64,000 nt of DNA from Acidobacteriota bacterium (lineage in GTDB: Bacteria > Acidobacteriota > Blastocatellia > Pyrinomonadales > Pyrinomonadaceae), in contig JANNYB010000133.1 in NCBI GenBank assembly GCA_031409875.1, forward strand, positions 4,765 to 68,764, read 5' to 3'. Of this stretch, positions 9,171-18,303 are shown piece by piece. The position numbers and the translations under genes are program-made. The notes under the pieces are model-generated. The model saw only the letters and a program-made list of their open reading frames with translations. It was not told the origin of the DNA and did not search any database. The number at the start of each line of letters is the position of its first letter. Position 1 is the first letter of the stretch.

Positions 9171-10157
9171 TTAATACCAAAGATAACCGACACGGGTTTT
9201 TACTTTAAGAGATGATTTAATTTTCGGACAGGGAATTTGGTTAGATTCGTTATCTTCACAATAATCATTTTTATTATCGTCAATGCTTCTGGAAATTTTG
9301 CCGACAGCACTGTTTTGATTGACTTTAGTGATAATGATTTCTTCTTGTGTTTCGCCAAAAAAAAGAATCATTCCTTCTTTTACTTTTTTATTTTTTCCCG
9401 CACCAATGGTTACAGTATAAAATGCCATTTCTTCAGTGTTTTGATAATCTTCTACGTCTTTTTCAGTTTCGATTGTGCGTTTCCCGACGGAAATTATTTT
9501 CGTTTCAATCGGAGAACGCTCAAACTTTTTATAGCTTACGGGAAGAACAGGCAAGCCTGTTAATTCTTTTTCGGAATCACCTGAAATCCAATAATTTGAC
9601 CATTTATGCAACATTTCGTCTTCATTGTTAGACGGTTCAATATAAATTCCAACGGCTTTTTCGGCAAAAGCCTCAAGCGAAGATTCTTCAACCAAATAAC
9701 GTCTTTCGCCCCAACTGACTTTTACAAATCTTTCCGGCAAAGATTTTCGCGGTGAATTACCCGAAAATTCGGGAAGTATTTCTACATAATCCGATGTATT
9801 TATAACATTGCCGTAGTTCATAGTCCGAAGTTCGGGATAACAAGTATAAAGGTAAAAACTAACAAATCCCGCTTTTGAATCCAAAATAAACAAATTAACT
9901 CCGAGTTCGGAAAACTCGTTGTTATATATGCCGTTCCATTCATCCGCAGATTTCGCGCTTTTAATTAAATCAAGTTTTTCTCTGAATTTTACGAGGTCTT
10001 CTCTTGAATATTTATCAAATCGAAAAGTAAGCGTCGGCGATTGATAAGGATAAAATTCCTGCATCCAATTTTCGCCTTCTTCAAACTCTTGCCCTAAACA
10101 AAATTGTATTGATAATCCTAAAATCAAAATCAGAATTGTGATGTTTCTTAATTTCAT
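9171..10157 (-). CDS. hypothetical secreted protein
   Basis: 328-aa ORF with signal peptide MKLRNITILILILGLSIQFCLGQ. No recognisable motif. Confidence 0.7.
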   Translation of the reverse strand: MKLRNITILILILGLSIQFCLGQEFEEGENWMQEFYPYQSPTLTFRFDKYSREDLVKFREKLDLIKSAKSADEWNGIYNNEFSELGVNLFILDSKAGFVSFYLYTCYPELRTMNYGNVINTSDYVEILPEFSGNSPRKSLPERFVKVSWGERRYLVEESSLEAFAEKAVGIYIEPSNNEDEMLHKWSNYWISGDSEKELTGLPVLPVSYKKFERSPIETKIISVGKRTIETEKDVEDYQNTEEMAFYTVTIGAGKNKKVKEGMILFFGETQEEIIITKVNQNSAVGKISRSIDDNKNDYCEDNESNQIPCPKIKSSLKVKTRVGYLWY

Positions 10158-10178
10158 AACTTTCCTATTCCAAAAATC

Positions 10179-10586
10179 TCAAATCAATTTCAAAAACTCG
10201 CTTGGCGAATAAACTTTCACCGTTGCATTTTTATAATCTTTTGCATTGCGCGTAACGATTGCGTCCAAGTTTTCCGCCAAAGCGCATTCGTGTTGGACGG
10301 CATCTTCGTAATCGGTAATCGGCGAAGTTAAGCCAGATTGCAAGTTTGTCGAGTCAATCGGACAAACTTTGACCAATTTCAATAATTTCTCCAATTCCTG
10401 CAAAACCGAATTTCTGCCGATTTCTTTTCTGCCGATGTAGTAAATATTGATTGCCGAAATACTTGCAATGTAAGCCACGAACTTATTTTGAGCAGCGGCA
10501 ATAAAAATCTGTTCGGCTTCGGCGAAAAACGGTTGTCGCGCCAAAACAAAATCCAAATTTACATCATTATCAAGCAAAACACGCAT
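10179..10586 (-). CDS. vapC: PIN-domain toxin (VapC-like)
   Basis: 135 aa. MRVLLDNDV.. N-terminal acidic motif, ..ITDYEDAVQ.., ..IVTRNAKDY. 1-nt overlap with the small upstream ORF. Confidence 0.8.
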   Translation of the reverse strand: MRVLLDNDVNLDFVLARQPFFAEAEQIFIAAAQNKFVAYIASISAINIYYIGRKEIGRNSVLQELEKLLKLVKVCPIDSTNLQSGLTSPITDYEDAVQHECALAENLDAIVTRNAKDYKNATVKVYSPSEFLKLI

Positions 10587-10834
10587 TATTTGTATTTCTC
10601 CGAAAGATGTTCATAGATAATTTCGCGTTCTTCTTCTCGCGTCATCGGTGGATTTTTCATTTTTAGACTTCCACCGAGACGTTTCACAATCGCCAGTTTT
10701 TCTTCGACTGATAATTCTTTTTCGGCGTTTCCGTTTTTCCGTCCGATGTTATCCGAAACTTTCTCGACAATTTCGCACTGTTCCGAAACCGGAAGCGTAA
10801 AAATTTCATTTAAGATTTCTGTCTGCGTCAACAT
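10586..10834 (-). CDS. putative antitoxin / addiction-module component
   Basis: 82-aa ORF directly upstream of and overlapping the PIN gene. N-terminal EILNEIFTLPVSEQCEIVEKV resembles addiction-module component proteins. Confidence 0.65.
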   Translation of the reverse strand: MLTQTEILNEIFTLPVSEQCEIVEKVSDNIGRKNGNAEKELSVEEKLAIVKRLGGSLKMKNPPMTREEEREIIYEHLSEKYK

Positions 10835-10855
10835 AAATTTATAAAACCTCCGAAA

Positions 10856-13357
10856 CTATTGTTTCAATTCTGCTATTGTAGCACCGTTTCCGCCTTGGTT
10901 TGAGGGCGCGAAGGAGAATTTGGAAATGTGCGGATGTCCTTTTAAGAAATGATGGACGAAGTTTTTTAACGCGCCGGTGCCGAAGCCGTGAATGATGCGG
11001 ACGCGAGGCAGTTGGGCGATGTAGGCTTCGTCTAAAAAGCGGTCAATTTCGTATTCGGCTTCGGCGGTTGTGTGTCCGATTAGGTTTAATTCGGCGTTTG
11101 CGTCTTCGGTGTCGAGTTGTAAATTTGAATCTTTCGCTTGATTTTGCAAAGTTTCCAAACGGTTTTCTTTTGGTTTTTCGTGAGTTTCGACGGCTTGCAG
11201 ATTTGATAATTTCTCGCGCAGACGCATTGCGCCAACGAGAACTTCCGCCATTTCTTTGTCAATTTTTTCGACTTTTCCGACACCGAAATTTGTCAGAACT
11301 TTTGAGCCGATTGCGATTGGTTTATTGGTTTGTTCGATGTTCGTTGGGGAATTTAGCTGATTGCTATTAGCTGATAGCTTTTGGCTGTTTTGTGGATTTT
11401 GGACTTTTGAAAGAACGGCGCGATTGAGTTCAGCCTTTCGTGCGAGTCGCTCTTTTTCGAGTTTGGTTTTTAACGCTTTGTCTTCGATGGTGTTGATAAA
11501 AGCGCGAGATTGGCGTTCAAATTCTTCGATTGTTTGGGCAAGTTCGCGCTCAAATTGCTTTTGGCGTTCACGTTCTTTTTTGCCGGCTTCGATGTCGAGT
11601 CTGGCGTATTTCATTGCGACAACTTCGCGTTCATCTTCGAGTGCAACGCGCAAATCGGTCGCAATTGTTGTTTCGGTTTGCAATTTTTTGAGATAATTTT
11701 CAGCTTCTTGCGATGAAATATCAAGATTTTTTCGTGCGATTTCAATCACATCATCACGAATTCCAAAACGTCGTGCAATCTCGATTCCGCTTGATGCACC
11801 GGCAAGTCCGACAAGTAATTTATATGTCGGTTGCAGAGTTTTTTCGTTAAATTCGACGCTCGCATTGATGACATTTTCATCGTTCGCAGCATAAATTTTT
11901 AATCCGCGATAATGTGTCGAAGCAATAACTTGTGCGCCGCAATTTCGGCGGAAAAAATCAACAATCGCCACGCCCAAAGCCGAACCTTCTTCGGGATCAG
12001 TTCCGGTGCCGACTTCGTCCAATAAAACGAGCGAAGGCGCGGAACATTCGCGCATCATTTCGGCGATATTTGAAATATGCGAGCTAAAAGTCGAAAGATT
12101 CGCGCTCAAAGATTGATGATCGCCGATGTCTGCGAGAACCGATTTGTAAAAGGGAATTTTCGCCTCCCGCGCTGGCACAGGCAAACCTGAAATTGCCATT
12201 AAACTCAGCAATCCGGCAGTTTTCATCACGACAGTTTTGCCGCCCGCGTTTGCGCCGGAAATTATCATTACGGATTTTTGTTTGGTTAATTTGAAAGATG
12301 TCGGAACGATGTCAGAACCGCCTGCGGTAGCGGGTGGTTGAAGTTTAGCGGTTGGGATGTTTGCCGATGATTCAGACCGTTGAGTTAAACCGCCCGCTAC
12401 CGCAGGCGGTTCTGACTTTCGCAAGTTTTCCTCAAGTAATGGATGCCGCGCATCAATCAAATCTAATGTTTCATCGTCGGAAATTGTCGGCACAATCGCT
12501 TTGAAACTTCGCGCAAATTCGACTTTGGCTTTGATAAAATCGAGTTCCGTAACGGCTTCGACCGCCGCTTCGATTGCCGGAAGTTGTTCGCGTAATTCTT
12601 CCGTTAAAGCGAATAAAATTCGGGCAATTTCACGTTCTTCTTTGCCTTTGAGATTTTGCAGTTCGTTGTTCGCTTCGATGACTTCGAGCGGTTCGATGAA
12701 AACCGTTGCGCCGCTCGATGAAAAACCGTGCGCCACGCCACCGACTTTGCCGCGAAAATCGGATTTTACCGGAATGACATAACGCTCGTTTCGTTGCGTA
12801 ACAATCGCATCTTGAATTGCGTCGCCTGCGTTTCGCATCGTGCTTTCGAGAGCTTTTTGCAATCGTCCGCGCTGATTGTTTATTTCGCGTCTTAATCTTG
12901 CAAGTTCAGGCGAAGCCGAATCGTCAATTTCGCCGCTCGGCAGAAGTTTTTTGTTGATTTTATCAATTGCCGCAAAAAGCGTCGGCGGAATATTTTCGAC
13001 AATTTCCCACAAAACCGGCGCAAATTCTTTTTCGGGCGAAATTGCCGAACGCGCAAAAAGTGCTTGATTGCAAACTCGCGTCAGTTCGAGCAAAATTATC
13101 GGTTCGAGCGTCGCGTTTTTGATTCGCAAAATCGCTATCGCATCGCTTGGGTCTTCGAGTCCGCTAAATGACCACGAAACTTGTTTTACTTCATTGAGCA
13201 AAATTGTTTCCGCGATTGCCTTTAAATCTTTTTCGAGTTCGAGCCGCGAATGAACGGGCGCGAGATTTTCAAGCCGCGATTTGCCCGTCGGCGTTTGTGC
13301 AAAACGCGCAATGAGTCGGCAAAGTTTTTCGTATTCGAGAGTGTTTAATGATTGCAT
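10856..13357 (-). CDS. mutS2: endonuclease MutS2 (MutS domain V ATPase + C-terminal Smr)
   Basis: Walker A GANAGGKTVVMKT, DEVGTGTDPEEG, Smr tail LNLIGHTTAEAEYEIDRFLDEA..RIIHGFGTGALK. The ORF track starts at 13393 (alternative start); ATG at 13357 (MQSLNTLEYEKL) is the more plausible start. Confidence 0.93.
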   Translation of the reverse strand: MQSLNTLEYEKLCRLIARFAQTPTGKSRLENLAPVHSRLELEKDLKAIAETILLNEVKQVSWSFSGLEDPSDAIAILRIKNATLEPIILLELTRVCNQALFARSAISPEKEFAPVLWEIVENIPPTLFAAIDKINKKLLPSGEIDDSASPELARLRREINNQRGRLQKALESTMRNAGDAIQDAIVTQRNERYVIPVKSDFRGKVGGVAHGFSSSGATVFIEPLEVIEANNELQNLKGKEEREIARILFALTEELREQLPAIEAAVEAVTELDFIKAKVEFARSFKAIVPTISDDETLDLIDARHPLLEENLRKSEPPAVAGGLTQRSESSANIPTAKLQPPATAGGSDIVPTSFKLTKQKSVMIISGANAGGKTVVMKTAGLLSLMAISGLPVPAREAKIPFYKSVLADIGDHQSLSANLSTFSSHISNIAEMMRECSAPSLVLLDEVGTGTDPEEGSALGVAIVDFFRRNCGAQVIASTHYRGLKIYAANDENVINASVEFNEKTLQPTYKLLVGLAGASSGIEIARRFGIRDDVIEIARKNLDISSQEAENYLKKLQTETTIATDLRVALEDEREVVAMKYARLDIEAGKKERERQKQFERELAQTIEEFERQSRAFINTIEDKALKTKLEKERLARKAELNRAVLSKVQNPQNSQKLSANSNQLNSPTNIEQTNKPIAIGSKVLTNFGVGKVEKIDKEMAEVLVGAMRLREKLSNLQAVETHEKPKENRLETLQNQAKDSNLQLDTEDANAELNLIGHTTAEAEYEIDRFLDEAYIAQLPRVRIIHGFGTGALKNFVHHFLKGHPHISKFSFAPSNQGGNGATIAELKQ
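12311..12416. repeat. 106-bp palindromic element embedded in frame inside mutS2
   Basis: GTCAGAACCGCCTGCGGTAGCGGGTGG .. CCGCCCGCTACCGCAGGCGGTTCTGAC. It encodes SEPPAVAGGLTQRSESSANIPTAKLQPPATAGGSD in MutS2, just N-terminal of the Walker A region. Confidence 0.85.
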
Positions 13358-13416
13358 AAATTTGTTAGTGGTTAGTTGCAAAGACAAAAGCAACGAACAA
13401 CGAACAACGAACTAGC

Positions 13417-13722
13417 CTAATTTTCATCAATTTTCATAAAATGCCGCCGCAGTTCTTCGATGCCGCCGGGAACGATTTCGGCTTTGATTTCTTCATCTGT
13501 CGCGTCCATTTCTTTGGCGGCGCAGTTCATACAAAACGGAATCAAATCTTTGCGCGTCCGCAAGGCATTTTGCCCTGAAACCGAAACCCAAACGGCGGTT
13601 TTGCATTGATGACAATTGGCGCGAATACTGCCATAAACCGGGCGCGTTCCTCCGTCGGCAGGCACGCAAACCAACATATCAATATCTTCATCTTCCGGCA
13701 GTTTGTTTCCTAAAATATTCAT
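13417..13722 (-). CDS. small Cys-rich hypothetical protein (zinc-ribbon-like)
   Basis: 101 aa containing CHQC .. CMNC pairs. Confidence 0.6.
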   Translation of the reverse strand: MNILGNKLPEDEDIDMLVCVPADGGTRPVYGSIRANCHQCKTAVWVSVSGQNALRTRKDLIPFCMNCAAKEMDATDEEIKAEIVPGGIEELRRHFMKIDEN

Positions 13723-14011
13723 ATTTTTTTACTAAAACTTTCGTTGGCAATTTCGGCGTGAAGTTTCGGCATTTGCCTAAAAAGGCGAATGAAGTTATAT
13801 TTTCAAAGCATCCCTAAATTATTTGAAAACTCCTAAACGATAACATTAACCGCTTCGGCTGTATTATAAGCCAACACTTTAAACAAATTTGTTAATTACA
13901 AAACTTATTTGACTAATAAATCAGCGGTTGGCGATAAATCGCGTGTTATCACAAAAAATCCCAATAGTTGTAAAAATCAACTTTAAATATACTATCACCG
14001 AGCCGGAAAAA

Positions 14012-14408
14012 ATGCGCTTTTATATTTGGCAAATTTTGCTTGTTCTGGTATTTGTTTTTGCCGTCAAAGCTGAGCAAAACGACCAGAATTTTTTGCAAAC
14101 TCAATGGACGACCGAAAACGGTTTATCCAACGATTATGTCCGCGATATTTACGAATGATGCGGACGGCACGATTTGGATCGGCACTTACGGCGGCGGATT
14201 AAATCGTCTGCGCGACGGAAACATTACGCATATTACGACCAAAGACGGACTTTTCGACGACATCGTTTCGCGGATTCTGGTTGATGACGACGATAATTTT
14301 TGGATGCTCGGCAATCGCGGAATTTTTTCCGTTAATCGTCAAATACTCATTACTGAGCGGCATAGAAATTGCGCGGCACAAAAAAAAGAAAATTTGCCCG
14401 CGAATTAA
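14012..14408 (+). pseudogene. 5' remnant of a two-component-regulator-propeller (Reg_prop) sensor protein, frameshifted and truncated
   Basis: Signal peptide, then WTTENGLSNDYVRDIYE | DADGTIWIGTYGGGLNRLRDGNITHITTKDGLFDDIVSRILVDDDDNFWMLGNRGIF, split over two frames (extra T at 14156). The ORF ends inside the palindromic element at 14348-14564, whereas proteins of this family are normally over 900 aa. Confidence 0.7.
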
Positions 14409-14564
14409 CGCGAATTAACGCGAATAAAAACCAATGCGGGCAGATTCTCTCACGACAATTTTAAGAAAAGAAAAATATTCGCGCCAATTCGCGTTTATTC
14501 GCGGGCAAAAAATCTTAAAATAATCTTTTTTTGCGGTTAGCAATAACTGTGCCGCTCAGTAATG
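14348..14564. repeat. ~217-bp MITE-like nested palindrome
   Basis: Terminal inverted repeats CATTACTGAGCGGCA / TGCCGCTCAGTAATG. Inner arms TTTGCCCGCGAATTAACGCGAATTAACGCGAATAAA / TATTCGCGCCAATTCGCGTTTATTCGCGGGCAAA. Confidence 0.8.
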
Positions 14565-14611
14565 ATGTAATCTGTAATTTGTAAAAAAAACTTAATTACA
14601 GACTGCTCAAA

Positions 14612-15001
14612 TTATTTTAAAAATTTCTCGCGGATTTCGGGTGTCGGAAGCATACACGCATCTTGTTTTCCGAACAGACGATAGCGGTATTTTGCAAAAA
14701 GTTTGTAGAAAAAATCTCGAATCGGACGCGGAATGATTATAAAAGCATAAAACATCGCCCAAATGCCGCCCAAACCTTTAGCAATTTTCAACGCCGCAGT
14801 CGAATGCGTAAAAACTTTTTCTTCTTCAATCAAAACCACCGAATCAACATCGCTCAAACCAAATTTATCAATATATTTCTGTCCGATTTCCGATTGCAAA
14901 GGCGCAAATTTAAAGAGATTTTTCTTATCGCGCCCGATGATGAAATTGATCGAACCGTTACAAAAATTACACACGCCGTCGAATAAAATAATCGCGCTCA
15001 T
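14612..15001 (-). CDS. thiol-disulfide oxidoreductase DCC family (DUF393)
   Basis: 129 aa. N-terminal ILFDGVCNFCNGSINF CxxC motif typical of DCC proteins. Confidence 0.8.
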   Translation of the reverse strand: MSAIILFDGVCNFCNGSINFIIGRDKKNLFKFAPLQSEIGQKYIDKFGLSDVDSVVLIEEEKVFTHSTAALKIAKGLGGIWAMFYAFIIIPRPIRDFFYKLFAKYRYRLFGKQDACMLPTPEIREKFLK

Positions 15002-15040
15002 AAATTTGAGTTTATTTAATTTTGCCGAAAAAGTCTTGCA

Positions 15041-15170
15041 GGCAGAAGGCAGAAGGCAGAAAACAGAAAACAGAAAACAGAAAACAGAAAACAGAAAACA
15101 GAAAACAGCAATCCTCAGAGATATTTGTTAGCTGAAAGTTGCTGATTTCTGACTTCTGCCTTCTGTCTTC
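15041..15170. repeat. heptanucleotide tandem array with inverted partner
   Basis: GGCAGAA x3 then AACAGAA x6 (15041-15108). The inverted partial copy TTCTGACTTCTGCCTTCTGTCTTC lies at 15147-15170. Confidence 0.85.
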
Positions 15171-15260
15171 TAAAATAGTTTTTGCATTTTGAAACCATTT
15201 CCGCTATCTTTCCGTAAAGTATCTTAAAGCAGTTCTGATTTTATTTTTCCGCTAAAATTT

Positions 15261-16880
15261 ATGAAAATTCGGATTTTTTTATTCGCTTTTTTAGCGATAA
15301 TTTTGTATTCCGTTTCGTTTGCCGAGGCGCAAACACGGCTCGAAACTTTTGCGCTGACAAACGCGCAAATTGTAACGGTTTCGGGCGCAACGATTGCGAA
15401 AGGCACGATTGTTATCCGCGACGGATTGATTGAAGCCGTCGGCGAAACGGTGAAAATTCCGTCAGATGCGCGGGTGATTGACGCAAGCGGTTTGACGATT
15501 TATCCCGGACTTTTTGACGCAAACACCGCGCTCGGAATTCAGCCGCGAACTCCACAAACGGCGCAAACCACGCAAGTCGCGCCATCAAATTCAAATTTTC
15601 CCGATGGCATAAGACCTGAAGAATCAGTTGTTTCGCAATTAAAAGCGGGCGATGTGCAGTTTGAAAATAACCGTAATGCCGGATTTACGACTGCGCTGAC
15701 CGTTTCGCGCGAAGGCGTTTTTAACGGGCAATCGGCGATTATTAATTTGTCGGGAAATTCGGTTTCGGAAATGATTGTTCGTGCGCCTTTTGCACAACAT
15801 TTTACGTTCACGATAGCTCGCGGCGGCGTTTATCCGACTTCGTTGATGGGAACGATTTCCGCGCTTCGACAGATGCTTTTCGACGCGAAAAGATTAGACG
15901 AAATGCGGAAAAATTACGAAAAAAATCCGCGTGGAATGAAACGCCCCGAAGCCGATGCTTCGCTTGATGCGCTGATTCCGGTCGTCAACGGCACGATGCC
16001 GATGGTTTTTAATGCGAATAGCGAGATCGAAATTATCCGCGCATTAGATTTGGCGAAAGAATTTAATTTAAAAGCGATAATTTCCGGCGGTTTTGAAGCG
16101 TGGAAAGTTGCTGACAGATTGAAAAAACAAGACGTTCCGGTTCTGCTTTCGCTGAATTTTCCGAAACGCACGACAGCGGCTTCAAACGAAGCTGATGCCG
16201 AACCGCTCGAACTTTTGCGGCTTCGCGCCGAAATTCCGAAAGGTGCGTCAAGATTAGCAACGGCGGGCGTGAAATTCGCTTTTCAATCGGGTGGAATGAC
16301 GAGTTTGAACGATTTTTTGACGAATGCCGGAAAAGCCGTCGAAAACGGTTTGGACAAAGGTGCGGCAATTCGTGCGATGACTTTGAGCGCGGCGGAAATT
16401 TTCGGCGTTGACAATCGTTTAGGTTCGATTGAAGCCGGAAAAATCGCTAATCTCGCAGTCGTGCGCGGCGATATTTTTTCAAAAGACCGAGCATTTACAC
16501 ACATTTTTGTTGACGGTAAATTGTTCGAGCAAAAAGAAAGACCGAAAGTTCCGACGACGACAACGACAAACACGAATTTCGCAAATGTCGGCGGAAATTA
16601 CAATTTTACGATTGAAATTCCGGGGCAAGCTCTCACGGGAACACTGAATTTAGTTCAGCAAGGCGCGGTGCTAACCGGAACGATGCAATCGCAACTCGGC
16701 ACATCACCAATCAAAGACGGCAAAGCGACGGCAGACGGTTTCAGTTTTTCGTCAACGGTTGAGTTTGGCGGCTCGACGATTGATATAAACGTCAACGCTA
16801 AAAGTTCGGGAAACGGGTTTACAGGAACACTTGATTCGCCGCAAGGTGCGGTGCCAATTTCGGGAACGAAGATTCCGTAA
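15261..16880 (+). CDS. secreted amidohydrolase-superfamily paralog with degenerate metal site
   Basis: 539 aa with signal peptide. The composite-domain N-terminus (IVIRDGLIEAVG..VIDASGLTIYPGLFDANTALG) lacks the HxH motif. Extra C-terminal ~100-aa beta domain. Confidence 0.8.
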   Translation: MKIRIFLFAFLAIILYSVSFAEAQTRLETFALTNAQIVTVSGATIAKGTIVIRDGLIEAVGETVKIPSDARVIDASGLTIYPGLFDANTALGIQPRTPQTAQTTQVAPSNSNFPDGIRPEESVVSQLKAGDVQFENNRNAGFTTALTVSREGVFNGQSAIINLSGNSVSEMIVRAPFAQHFTFTIARGGVYPTSLMGTISALRQMLFDAKRLDEMRKNYEKNPRGMKRPEADASLDALIPVVNGTMPMVFNANSEIEIIRALDLAKEFNLKAIISGGFEAWKVADRLKKQDVPVLLSLNFPKRTTAASNEADAEPLELLRLRAEIPKGASRLATAGVKFAFQSGGMTSLNDFLTNAGKAVENGLDKGAAIRAMTLSAAEIFGVDNRLGSIEAGKIANLAVVRGDIFSKDRAFTHIFVDGKLFEQKERPKVPTTTTTNTNFANVGGNYNFTIEIPGQALTGTLNLVQQGAVLTGTMQSQLGTSPIKDGKATADGFSFSSTVEFGGSTIDINVNAKSSGNGFTGTLDSPQGAVPISGTKIP

Positions 16881-16911
16881 GTAAAAAGTAAAAAATAAAA
16901 AATAAAAAATT

Positions 16912-18303
16912 ATGAGAAGAGCAATAGTTTTTCTGTTAATAATTTCGATAATTCAGTTTTCGCCGACTTTGATTTTCGCGCAGTCGAAAACCGAAGTTTT
17001 GATTCGTAACGCGACGGTTTTGACTGCCGCGAAAGGCACGTTGGAAAATACGGATATTTTGATTCAAAACGGCAAAATTGCAAAAATCGGAAAGAATTTG
17101 AAAGCGTCGTCAAACGCGCAAATCATTGATGCGACGGGTAAATTCGTTTCGCCGGGAATCATTGATTGTCATTCGCACACGATGATGGACGCGGTCAACG
17201 AATTTTCGTTTTCGGTAACTTCGATGACGCGCATCCGCGATGTTTTGAATCCGAAAGATATTTCGATTTATCGCGCACTTGCCGGCGGCGTTACGGCGGC
17301 AAATCTGCTTCACGGTTCGGCAAATGCTATCGGCGGACAAAATTCGACGGTGAAATTTAAATACGGTCGGCAGGTTGAAGATTTTGTCGTGGCAGACGCG
17401 CCGCAAGGTATAAAATTTGCGCTTGGCGAAAACCCGAAACGGACGAATTTTCAGCCGCAACCGGGACAAACTTTTCGTTATCCGCGCACGCGAATGGGCG
17501 TGATGGAAACGATTCGAGATGCTTTCACACGCGCCCGCGATTATAAAAAAGCTCTCGACGATTTTCGCGCCGGACGCACGAAAACACAGCCGCGAAAAGA
17601 CTTGGAACTCGAACCACTGATCGAAGTTTTGGAAGGCAAAAGATTGGTTCACGCGCACGGCTATCGTTCGGATGAACATTTGAATTTGATGCTTTTGGCG
17701 GACGAATTCGGCTTTAAAATCGCCACGCTTCAACACGGACTCGAAGCCTACAAAATCGCGCCGGAAATCGCTAAACACGGCGCGGGCGTTTCGATTTTCA
17801 CGGACAGTTGGGGTTATAAAATCGAAGCCTATGATTCGATTCCGTATAACGCCTATATTTTGTGGAAAAATGGAGTCGTTGTTTCGATAAATTCGGATTC
17901 GGACGAACGAATGCGAAGATTAAATCTCGACGCGGCAAAAGTGATGAAATACGGTGGCGTGCCGGAAGAAGATGCGTTGAAAATGATTACGTTGAATCCG
18001 GCAAAACAACTCGGAATTGACAAGCGCACAGGCTCAATTGAAGTTGGAAAAGATGCCGATATTGTGATTTGGTCGGAACATCCGTTCAGCGTTTATGCAA
18101 AAGTCGAAACGACGATGATCGAAGGCGAAATTTATTTTGATAAAGCGAAAGATTTGATGATGCGCGAAGATTTGAAAAAAGAACGCGAAGCATTGGAAAA
18201 ATTAGACATCAACCGCCCGCCCGGAACAGGCACAACGCAACCGCAAATCCCGCGCGAACGCAAGGCAGAACACTTGGACGAAGCCGACGGAGGTGATAAT
18301 TAA
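16912..18303 (+). CDS. secreted amidohydrolase (intact HxH metal site)
   Basis: 463 aa. ILIQNGKIAKIG..IIDATGKFVSPGIIDCHSHTMMD. Confidence 0.85.
   Translation: MRRAIVFLLIISIIQFSPTLIFAQSKTEVLIRNATVLTAAKGTLENTDILIQNGKIAKIGKNLKASSNAQIIDATGKFVSPGIIDCHSHTMMDAVNEFSFSVTSMTRIRDVLNPKDISIYRALAGGVTAANLLHGSANAIGGQNSTVKFKYGRQVEDFVVADAPQGIKFALGENPKRTNFQPQPGQTFRYPRTRMGVMETIRDAFTRARDYKKALDDFRAGRTKTQPRKDLELEPLIEVLEGKRLVHAHGYRSDEHLNLMLLADEFGFKIATLQHGLEAYKIAPEIAKHGAGVSIFTDSWGYKIEAYDSIPYNAYILWKNGVVVSINSDSDERMRRLNLDAAKVMKYGGVPEEDALKMITLNPAKQLGIDKRTGSIEVGKDADIVIWSEHPFSVYAKVETTMIEGEIYFDKAKDLMMREDLKKEREALEKLDINRPPGTGTTQPQIPRERKAEHLDEADGGDN

Noticed and set aside
15041-15108. Tandem repeats here (and at 18305-18391, 52939-53004, 61983-62013) considered as possible CRISPR arrays
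   Set aside because: The units are only 7-8 nt, directly abutting with no spacers, and no cas genes are present. They are microsatellite/STRR-like arrays.
17110-17778. Long antisense ORFs (also 35320-35796, 35382-36017, 37269-37754, 37667-38113, 52155-52751, 20507-20967)
   Set aside because: They lie opposite genes with strong family motifs. Their translations are Arg/Phe/Asn-rich and low in complexity, as expected for the antisense strand of this codon usage.
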